From: Macrostomum hystrix
Lineage: Eukaryota > Animalia > Platyhelminthes
Assembly: GCA_950097015.1 (NCBI GenBank)
Contig: CATNEN010000030.1
Span: 4,216,001-4,280,000, forward strand
Direction: 5' to 3'
Length of the DNA stretch: 64,000 nucleotides
The stretch's first letter is position 1. Each line of letters starts with the position of its first letter. The position numbers were made by a program, and so were the translations under genes. Of this stretch, positions 1 through 9,612 are shown piece by piece. The notes beneath the pieces are model-generated. The model saw only the letters and a program-made list of their open reading frames with translations, made no database searches and was not told where the DNA came from.

Positions 1-545
1 AGACAGACAGGCTGAATGGCAGAGCTGACAGACAGACAGACAGACAGGCTGAATGGCAGAGCTGACAGACAGACAGACAGACAGGCTGAATGGCAGAGCT
101 GACAGACAGACAGGCAGGCTGAATGGCAGAGCTGACAGACAGACAGGCAGGCTGAATGGCAGAGCTGACAGACAGACAGGCAGGCTGAATGGCAGAGCTG
201 ACAGACAGACAGACAGACAGGCTGAATGGCAGAGCTGACAGACAGACAGGCAGGCTGAATGGCAGAGCTGACAGACAGACAGGCAGGCTGAATGGCAGAG
301 CTGACAGACAGACAGGCAGGCTGAATGGCAGAGCTGACAGACAGACAGGCAGGCTGAATGGCAGAGCTGACAGACAGACAGGCAGGCTGAATGGCAGAGC
401 TGACAGACAGGCAGGCAGGCTGAATGGCAGAGCTGACAGACAGACAGGCAGGCTGAATGGCAGAGCTGACAGACAGGCAGGCTGAATGGCAGAGCTGACA
501 GACAGACAGGCAGGCTGAATGGCAGAGCTGACAGAGAGACAGGCA
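1..545. repeat. Minisatellite, ~33-41 bp unit (GACA)n-GGCAGGCTGAATGGCAGAGCT, runs off the window start
   Basis: Direct tandem repetition; explains ORFs 53..238 and 189..485. Confidence 0.95.
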
Positions 546-548
546 CTC

Positions 549-616
549 CAAATTGTTACAGTAGTGTCAGGAATCGAACTCCCGATCTTCAAGTCGTGAG
601 TCCGCCTCTCTAACTC
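549..616 (-). mobile_element. tRNA-derived SINE family 1, 5' head fragment
   Basis: Reverse complement (GGACTCACGACTTGAAGATCGGGAGTTCGATTCC...AACAATTTG) matches the heads of the copies at 40459 and 55972; B-box GTTCGATTCC. Confidence 0.7.
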
Positions 617-1274
617 AAATCTGTGACGGACAGACAGGCTTACAGAAATCTAGGAAAAGTAAGATTGCCAAAGCATTTGAATTGTTCAAGCTACAAAATA
701 GCCAAATCCATCACTCTGAAGATTCATATTCTGTAATTATATTCCTGAAATTTGTTTACCAATCGCACAAGTCGCTAAGTATAGAATACTCAGATATGCA
801 ATTCAATAGTTTTCGGTGCTTATCAGCGACTTTGATTTGTAAATCCGTCGCAATCGCTGCCCCATCAAAGGATTTTGAGATTCGCGAATTCAATGCCCAT
901 TATGACAATCGGCAGAAGGCAAATTGCAGCTTTGCCAGAACTGACGGCAACCTTGAGTGTGTACTGCGCTTTTAGACAACAGTTAGACATCTGCCTACTT
1001 GCGTCCTGTCACCGAAGGTCTGACGGGGGATTTTCAAAGATTAAAAACTGGGCGGAGTCGTCGGACAGCAAGGTGGGTGGACAGCTCTCCCCTGGGCCGG
1101 AGAGGTTCTCAACAATTCCGAGATTTTTATCTGGGCTGGAAATTTTCGGCCTTGGAACGACCTAGTGGCCGACTTGGCGAGCGGACTCACAAATCAGTGA
1201 CACGGACTGTTCTGTCTCTAAATGACTGGCAGCGGTTCCTCTCTCGGGGGGTCAATGACTCCCTCTTTCTCTAG

Positions 1275-1860
1275 TGGTCACTCTGGAGGTCAGGGACCCC
1301 AGTCACTCTGGAGGTCAGGGACCCCTGTCACTCTGGAGGTCAATGACCTCAGTCACTCTAGAGGTCAGTGACCCCAGTCACTCTAGAGGTCAATGACCTC
1401 AGTCACTCTAGAGGTCAGTGACCCCAGTCACTCTAGAGGTCAATGACCCCAGTCACTCTAGAGGTCAGTGACCCCTGTCACTCTGGAGGTCAGTGACCCC
1501 AGTCACTCTGGAGGTCAGGGACCCCTGTCACTCTAGAGGTCAGTGACCCCAGTCACTCTGGAGGTCAGGGACCCCAGTCACTCTGGAGTTCAGTGACCCC
1601 AGTCACTCTGGAGTTCAGTGACCCCAGTCACTCTGGAGGTCAGTGACCCCAGTCACTCTGGAGGTCAGTGACCCCAGTCACTCTGGAGGTCAGTGACCCC
1701 AGTCACTCTGGAGGTCAGTGACCCCAGTCACTCTGGAGGTCAGTGACCCCAGTCACTCTGGAGGTCAGGGACCCCTGTCACTGGAGGTCAGTGACCCCAG
1801 TCACTCTGGAGGTCAGTGATCCCAGTCACTCTGGAGTTCAGTGACCCTCTGCTGACCTCT
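1275..1860. repeat. Minisatellite, 25 bp unit GAGGTCAGTGACCCCAGTCACTCTG
   Basis: About 23 tandem copies with a palindromic AGGTCA-N-TGACC core. Confidence 0.95.
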
Positions 1861-2595
1861 GGACAATGCACTGCCACGGCTCGGCAGAATTTCACTAAAA
1901 GCAACTCTTGTCCTGGAGACAGACTCTGGGCATGGAGTCGCAGCGGGGAGGCAGCCAAGTTGATGATTATTAAAGTTCAATTGATGAAGTGTGAATTGCA
2001 GGTCAAATTTAAAATCTATTGAAGACGCTTCATTGAGCTCAACGACTGCTCTAAGTCCTATAATATTCACATTGAATATGGGGACGTCTATCCGGGCGTG
2101 ATAATTGATTTGGGAAGACATTTTTCGCATTGGGATCTTGTCGGCATGGCGCCAATATTGTTGATAGGGATATTTAGGAGGGCATGGGGATGAGAAGTTT
2201 TGAGTTTTGAAAGGCCCAGATACAATACAGACTCCTGTGACTCCTTCTGGACACGGTAGATAATTGCTATCTAACAATTCTCCCATGCGGTATTATAGGG
2301 AACAAAGTGCTCACAGGCAAACGAGTGTGGTTAGTGAGGGAGGGAATATGTTGAATTGCAGCTAGATGAAAATATGCAATTGGTATCTGGGACTTTCTAT
2401 CCGGAATTATCCAACTGACCGACAAATATCAAAGGCCCAGCGCAGCGGGATTTTGCAAAGCTTATGAAGCAGCAAATTTGAAGGCGTCTGTGATTTTACA
2501 GAGCATCGGGTCTGTGAGCCTGAGCAACAGGCCCGAGTGGAGAAATAAGAAAGGAGAATTCAATAAAGGAGCAGCAGTTCTATAGGATGATAAAA

Positions 2596-3301
2596 GCAGA
2601 GTGATAGAAGAAGAGTGGCAGAGTGACAGAAGCAGAGTGACAGAAGCAGAGTGACAGAAGCAGAGTGACAGAAGCAGAGTGACAGAAGCAGAGTGACAGA
2701 AGCAGAGTGACAGAAGCAGAGTGACAGAAGCAGAGTGACAGAAGCAGAGTGACAGAAGCAGAGTGACAGAAGCAGAGTGACAGAAGCAGAGTGACAGAAG
2801 AAGAGTGACAGAAGCAGAGTGACAGAAGCAGAGTGACAGAAGCAGAGTGACAGAAGCAGAGTGACAGAAGCAGAGTGACAGAAGCAGAGTGACAGAAGCA
2901 GAGTGACAGAAGCAGAGTGACAGAAGCAGAGTGACAGAAGCAGAGTGACAGAAGCAGAGTGACAGAAGCAGAGTGACAGAAGCAGAGTGACAGAAGCAGA
3001 GTGACAGAAGCAGAGAAGCAGAGTGACAGAAGAAGAGTGACAGTAGCAGAGTGACAGTAGCAGAGTGACAGTAGCAGAGTGACAGTAGCAGAGTGACAGT
3101 AGCAGAGTGACAGTAGCAGAGTGACAGTAGCAGAGTGACAGTAGCAGAGTGACAGTAGCAGAGTGACAGTAGCAGAGTGACAGTAGCAGAGTGACAGTAG
3201 CAGAGTGACAGTAGCAGAGTGACAGTAGCAGAGTGACAGTAGCAGAGTGACAGTAGCAGAGTGACAGTAGCAGAGTGACAGTAGCAGAGTGACAGTAGCA
3301 G
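2596..3301. repeat. Minisatellite, 14 bp unit GTGACAG(A/T)AGCAGA
   Basis: Direct tandem repetition; A variant left of ~3040, T variant to the right. Confidence 0.95.
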
Positions 3302-3923
3302 AGGGGTCTCTCTCATGTTAAATAGAGTCTGTCGACGGCCAAATGAATGTTAAATTTAAGTTTCAATAGTAAATTGAACTCATTCAACTCAATTAAATCA
3401 ATTGTAAACAAATTTGCTTTATAAAATCTAGCAGCAAATGAACTTGAGGTGGGTATGTAATCAGGCAAACTTAATACAATATCAGTTCTATTGAAATTGT
3501 CTTTCTGCAGCCTCTCTATTTATTCACTCGCAGAACAATTCATTTTAGTTTCGGTCAAATTTTGTGGCTTTTATAAAAGTTTTGTGTGTTGCATTTCTGC
3601 TGCCGTTAAATTAAACAATAGACTGTATTATTAACCAGCAGTTTAAATAATAGAAAACAAAACAAAAGCGCTCATTTAAACAAACCAGGGAGAAAGTGAG
3701 GTGCGATGCAGATTCCAGGAATCATTCATTATACATAAATGCAATGCTAATTAAACAAGGTGTGAATTCAATTAGTTTCAGGTGCAGCTACTAAATAGTA
3801 AGGAAGTGTCAACGCGGACTAGTGCACAATAATATGCGAGTGTATTTGTGTTAATTAAACTGCTTCCTTTTTACCTAAATCTTTATAATGAAGGTTAAAA
3901 TGTATACTGTGTTCTATTTGTTA

Positions 3924-3966
<43 letters not shown>

Positions 3967-3967
3967 T

Positions 3968-4017
<50 letters not shown>

Positions 4018-4018
4018 G

Positions 4019-4049
<31 letters not shown>

Positions 4050-4084
4050 GGATGGATGGATAGATAGATAGATAGATAGATAGA
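3924..4084. repeat. (AGAT)n microsatellite, left flank of the PLE
   Basis: Direct tandem repetition. Confidence 0.95.
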
Positions 4085-4085
4085 C

Positions 4086-5112
4086 GAAGGCCTCTCAGAG
4101 GCAATCCACGCACACAGTACTAGATGTTTTGAAATACCGATTTTTTAATATATAGTACGATGGACCAAATTTTCGGCCAAAGCTGGGCCTTCTTCAGGGT
4201 CTGTATATTTAGATAATTCAAACGAAAAAATATTGTTAAAGCGATCGCTTATATATGTGGGGGGTTAAAAACCGTATTGATTTTAAAGTTGGAATTGTAC
4301 ATAAAAAATTATAAACGAACACGGGCACGTTAAAAATAAAACTGTCAATGCCGCGTGCAGTCAGAGTCCTGTCAAAGGTTAAAGCGAATTAATTGTTATT
4401 TATGGGGGTAGCTTGGATGGACATGTCCTTCTGAATGTCCTTCAGAGAGCGTGAGCGTGTGTACGCTGCCACTGTGCTCAAGTCACTGGCATGGTCAGCG
4501 ATAACCGAACGGATTTCGTGTACAATGCGTCCAGAGTGGTCCGTATAAGGAATGACGATGGGGACGCACGCACTACGGTTAGTGTCAATGGAGTTCAGGC
4601 CAGCTGGGGTCTGAGTTTTCAGGAGATTAGTGAGTCTGAGTTCCATGTCTCTTCTCCTGCGTTGAGTTGCCTCTCTGTGCGTCTCACATTCAGGGCTGAG
4701 GTACCAAAGACCCATGAACCGTAAGTCCAGCAGGCTGTGGTCTGTAGAGCGAAAATGTCTTGAGACCGGGGTATCTTTTGCCAGTCTAATGTCGCTCAGG
4801 TGGGCTTGCAGTCGGACTTTAAGGGCCCCTCCTGTCTCTCCAATGTAGACACAACGGTCATTACAGCTCCTGCATAAGATTGAGTACACAACGTTTCTAG
4901 AGTCGCAACGGACTTTTGTGGCAGATCCTATATACCATGTTGGTAGAGTTGGATCCTGGACAGATCTGTCCAAATTGGCCATGTTGTCTACACACCCGAC
5001 AGGTTTCATTATTGCAGTTGTGGAAGCCAAAATCCCACTGGCGGTCGATGAAGAAACCCAGTTGGATGAGAGCGGAGTATTTGGCGTTCCGAATAGAGCG
5101 GACTAGATCTAT
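4086..5112 (-). mobile_element. Penelope-like retroelement (PLE), 5'-truncated: Cys-rich linker, GIY-YIG endonuclease and 3' pLTR/UTR
   Basis: ORF 4389..5030 has RCDSRNVVYSILCRSC..VYIGETG..LKVRLQAH..PVSRHF...H..L...E..L...LKT..PAGLN, the PLE GIY-YIG signature. The upstream frame gives DLVRS...GFHNCNNETCRVC (PLE linker), joined by a 1-nt frameshift near 4915. No RT domain in the window. Confidence 0.88.
4163..4201 (-). ncRNA. Minimal type I hammerhead ribozyme in the PLE 3' region
   Basis: Minus strand GACC-CUGAAGA-A-GGCC-cagcuuu-GGCC-GAAA-AUUU-GGUC: stem I GACC/GGUC, catalytic boxes CUGANGA and GAAA, stem II GGCC/GGCC, loopless palindromic AAUU stem III. Confidence 0.8.
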
Positions 5113-5126
5113 CCGAATCTATCCGA

Positions 5127-5127
<1 letters not shown>

Positions 5128-5160
<33 letters not shown>

Positions 5161-5178
5161 GGATAGATGGATAGACGG
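5128..5178. repeat. (AGAT)n microsatellite, right flank of the PLE
   Basis: Direct repetition, same orientation as the left tract. Confidence 0.9.
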
Positions 5179-5559
5179 ATTAGTTATTAATTTTATCAAT
5201 CGATATTTTCTCCGTTTATTTCCCTTTGTCTGTCTCTATATTAATGTCCCATTTATCCCCAAGTCTCCATTAGCTGCATCACTCTGCCATAATCTTCCAT
5301 AATCTGTCTCCACCTATCTGTTTGTGTAACATCGCTCAGAATATTGCAAGCATTGGGTGTAGGCACACGCGAATACTAGGCCCTTCGATTCCGTTTCCAA
5401 CCCCTGGGGAATTAGAGGAAGAGAAAACACGGAGACAGGAGGCGGAGAAAATGGCCGACGCAATTCGGCGTGTTTTCGCAGACTATTGGCGGGAATAAAT
5501 GGGGTGGGGGCTCAGCCCACCAACCAACCAGATCCGGCCGCCGTCTCTTCTAGCTGAAT

Positions 5560-5844
5560 TTCTATTGGCTGTGACCTGCCCTACTCGGCCACGGCCTCAT
5601 TAACTGACGGCAGGCTCCTCTCGCCCTCCGCCGCGAGCCCCCCAACCCCAACTCAGCTCCACAAAATCCCCACTTAATCCTCTCCTCGCTTGCTGCAGCT
5701 TCCCAGACAGGAAAGAGAATTTAGTCTGCCTCTTGGAAGATCTACTTTGCCGGGCCAGATTTCGCAGATTTTTAAGCCTCGCACACACAGCCGCTCGGAC
5801 TACTGTGCCTGTATAGTCTGCTATTATCCACTGCCATATTCAAG
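5560..5844 (+). promoter_or_regulatory. Putative promoter and non-coding 5' exon of Otx copy A
   Basis: CpG-rich stretch, CCAAT box (ATTGG ~5565), strong donor CAAG|GTAAGC at 5844/5845, candidate acceptor CTGCTTAG|ATCC at 6960/6961 upstream of ATG 7028. Confidence 0.45.
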
Positions 5845-6700
5845 GTAAGCTAATCCCTTCTGCTGCTGCTGCAGTGGCTTGATCCAGTTTTCTTTAAGAT
5901 GCCAGCTCTCATTTATCCAGCGCCTAATCTCTTCATAATGAGACACAATGGCTTAATCCACATTGTTGATAATCCCCAATCTGTGTAGGATTATTTGGGC
6001 ACATTCAGAAGCTGGGCATGCTGAATGTAATCATTGAAGTTCTCTTGCATACTATGTATTACAAAACATTCCATATAGGCTAACATAACTAAATGGAATC
6101 TAATTTGTTTGTTTCGATGCCTGGCAAAACAGGCCTAAAGACTATTTAGTTAATAATACTGTGTACAGGAGGATTGGTGCTTGAGCATATACTCACAGAT
6201 TTCTATCTGCTTCGGCTGAGGCAGATTTTTTAGAACGATTATCGCCGCCTTAGGATTAACTGGGGGGTCGCAGCTAAGGGAGAACAGGTCAGAAAGGATT
6301 TAAGCGGGCCTATATAAACCTGCCTAAAGACTGAGTCTATATGCTCTAAAAATCTTGGAGCCGTGCAGTAGCTGTAGCAGAATTAAATATTTCAGAAAAT
6401 TCCAACAATTATAACCAAATTAATTTAGTAACTCTGGCTTAGTCGCACAGCAGCAACAAAAATGTGCCGATTGCCAAGTCACGTGAGTTCTTATCCATTT
6501 GAGATAAAAAACGTTGAGGTAAATTGTTAGACAGAATTCACTTACAACATTGATATCTGCAGGGGAAGGTAAAACGGAATTGTAGCAATGGGGAGAATTC
6601 ATCTGGCATGCGGTTGCGTGGCACCTAAGCAAAAAGAGCATGCAGAAACATTTTCGCTTCTTGGGAGAAATTTCCCCCCGACTCTGCTGCCCTCTCGGAT

Positions 6701-6960
6701 CCCATGATCGGCGCAGTTTATGAGATCCCACTCTTTAGATCCCTATCGTGATCCCACTCTTTAGATCCCTATAATACGCTCGTAGTAGGGATCCCACTCT
6801 TTAGATCCCTATCGTGATCCCACTTTTTTTATCCCCATCGTGATCTCACTCTTTAGATCCCTATCGTGATCCCACTTTTTTTATCCCCATCGTGATCCCA
6901 CTCTTTAGATCCCTATCGTGACCGCACTCTTCAGATCGCTATAGTGATCCCACTGCTTAG
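6701..6960. repeat. Minisatellite, ~26 bp unit ATCCCACTCTTTAGATCCCTATCGTG
   Basis: About 9 degenerate copies ending at the candidate Otx A acceptor. Confidence 0.9.
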
Positions 6961-7027
6961 ATCCCGCTCTGATTCCGCTCTCAATCAATGCAGCCAACTG
7001 CAACACACTGCAGGCTCAGGCAGCACA

Positions 7028-9612
7028 ATGGACTCCTGGAACAGCTACCAGCCGCACCAGCACCATCATCACCATCACCATCACATGCATAATCTGCACG
7101 CGGGTGTTCAGTCGCAGTTTGGCTACCCGATGCCGGAGGTTACCACTGCGGGCGTCATCAGCGGCGGCGGCAGCGTCGGCAGCGGCGGCTTGTTCGGCTG
7201 CTCGAGCATTGCGGACAACTCGGAGCTCAACGGCCTTTGCGGCGGCGGCGGATTTTCTAACACCCCGATGACACCGAATTTGACAAACTCGGCAGCGGCT
7301 GCTGCGGCGGCCGCGGCGGCGCAGGCGCATCACGAGATGCTGCACCATCCGGCCCTGACGGCCTATGCCAGTGAGTTCCGCTAGGCTTTACTTCTCTCCT
7401 CTCACTCTACTTCTCTCCTCTCACTCTACTTCTCTCCTCTCACTCTACTTCACTCCTCTCACTCTACTTCTCTCCTCTCACTCTACTTCTCTCCTCTCAC
7501 TCTACTTCTCTCCTCTCACTCTACTTCTCCCTCTCACTCTACTTCACTCCTCTCACTCTACTTCTCTCCTCTCACTCTACTTCTCTCCTCTCACTCTACT
7601 TCTCTCCTCTCACTCTACTTCTCCCTCTCACTCTACTTCACTCCTCTCACTCCCCCTATTACCCTCTAAAATATAGCTGCATTGCTTATAAGCAGGTGAT
7701 AATTTTCTCTGCCCTGCGCACTTCAAATTTACTGTGAAGGTCGTGCAAACTCTCCGCCATTAGGGTGATTACCGCGCTCCATTCCCTGCCCACGTATTCA
7801 CCAAGCCATCAGTGTGATTAATCCCGCGCAATAGCTTAATCAGTGCCGAGACGGCACTCGACCCAATCGCCATCGGCGTCTAAAGTCTTGCGCCCGGCCA
7901 TTCTCCTTTGCCACGAATCGTTTCAATCTCGCAGCCGTTTGAATTCGCCCTCAAGCCACAAGCGAACTTGTTAGAATGATTAACTTTTTTTCTCGCCGGT
8001 GGGATTTCTTCATGAATCAGGTGGGATTTCTCGGACCACCTGAACCGGAGCGCCGACACCGGGAAGGGCGGGGGGCGGGGGCGGGCAGGGGGCGGATTCC
8101 AGGGCGGGGATTAGCCATCAGCGGAGAGTAGGCAATATTTTTGTGCGACCACGCGATCGTTCTCAGAGAGAGCCCGATGCTCACAAAGCATTCTTAGCAC
8201 TTCAAAGTAAAGGGTGGAGGCTGGTAGGGCAGGGAGGGGGAGGGGAGCGCCGCGTGTCGCCGCTCACGCGAGGCCGCTCACTCCGCTAAGCCGTCGGTAA
8301 TCCCGAATTGAAAGTATCGCCGAGCCGTGAAAATTCAAGTGGGGCGAAAAAGCCATCAATGGAGGACGGCCGCTGCTACCTGCCACAGCACCCGGCGGTG
8401 CCCCCCCGCTGCTTGTTGACTAACAGCGGCCACCTGGGACAGCTGCCTGCCCGGCAGACAAAGCAAATGAAAGAGCCACAGAAGCTCTCGAGGGCCCCCT
8501 TGTTTCTTAGAAAAGCCATTAGCTCATTCAGCCGGATTCCTGTTACAAACCAGCGGCATGCCATGAAACAATCCGATGGGGAGGGTGCTAAAGGTGATCG
8601 GGCTGCCGCACACCTTTGAATTCTTGAGACTAATTCCAACCGATCTCGATCTCACCTTCCAGCGCCCGTCCGCAAGCAGCGGCGCGAGCGGACGACCTTC
8701 ACCAGGGCGCAGCTGCAGATCCTGGAGGAGCTGTTCGGCAAGACCAAGTACCCGGACATCTTCATGCGCGAGGAGGTGGCGCTGCGCATCAACCTGCCGG
8801 AGTCGCGGGTGCAGGTCTGGTTCAAGAACCGGCGGGCCAAGCAGCGCCAGCAGCAGAAGCAGAAGGAGGCCGGCGAAAAGGCCAACGCGCACTGCGGCCT
8901 GCCAGCGAACTCCGGACAGTCGATCGGACACGGCGGACATTCTGCGAAGACGGCCGCAGGCTCAGTCGGAGGCGGCGTCGGCGCGACAGCTGCGGGAGGC
9001 GGCGGCGGCTGCGGAAACTCGCTGGCCGCTGCTGCAGCCGCCGCGGCCGCCGCCGGCATCGGGGGCGGAGGAGCCATGGCTGTCGGTGACATGCTCGGCG
9101 GCTGCCACCACGACGGCGGCCTTGCACTCGGCGGAGTCGGCGGCGTCAAATGCGAGGACGTCGACTCGAGCAGCCCGTCACCCGCCAAGACGCTCAGCCT
9201 GCCCGGCTCCGCCGAGGCCTCCAAGCGCAGCCCGGCAGCCCAGGCCAACGGCCACGCCGCCGCCGCTGCCGCCGCCGCTGCCGCCCACTTCCTCACCAGC
9301 GACTCGTCCGGCCACTCGGCCGCCGCCTGGGGACCCTCGGCTGCCGCCGCTGCCGCCACCTCCGGCCGCCTCGGTGGGCCGGCCAGCCCGCCGACCTCCG
9401 CCTACGCCAGCTGCGTTCAGCAGCAGCACCGCAGCGCCGCCGCCGCTGCCGCCGCCGCAGCCGCAGCCGCCGCCTACCACAACCAGACCTACGGGCAGTA
9501 CAGCGCCACCGGCTACCCTCCATACGACTACCTGCGGCCCTCCGGCTACCCGCAGCAGCCCACGGACTATGACTACCAGGCCTGGTCCTCGCGCAAGCTG
9601 CAGCTGCTCTGA
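7028..9612 (+). CDS. Otx: Otx-family homeobox protein, copy A; exons 7028-7370 and 8663-9612 (~430 aa)
   Basis: A phase-1 GT-AG intron (7371-8662) restores [63 protein letters not shown], the Otx K50 homeodomain. The intron sits at the conserved Otx pre-homeodomain position. His- and Ala-rich tracts; AATAAA at 10002. Confidence 0.93.
7388..7650. repeat. Minisatellite, 19 bp pyrimidine unit CTCTACTTCTCTCCTCTCA, in the Otx A intron
   Basis: Direct tandem repetition. Confidence 0.93.

Noticed and set aside
1813-2286. 157-aa non-repetitive minus-strand ORF
   Set aside because: No recognisable family or splice signals, and its 3' end runs into a minisatellite; a BLASTX/HMM search would be needed
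1-3316. Repetitive ORFs 53..238, 189..485 and 2462..3316
   Set aside because: Tandem-repeat translations
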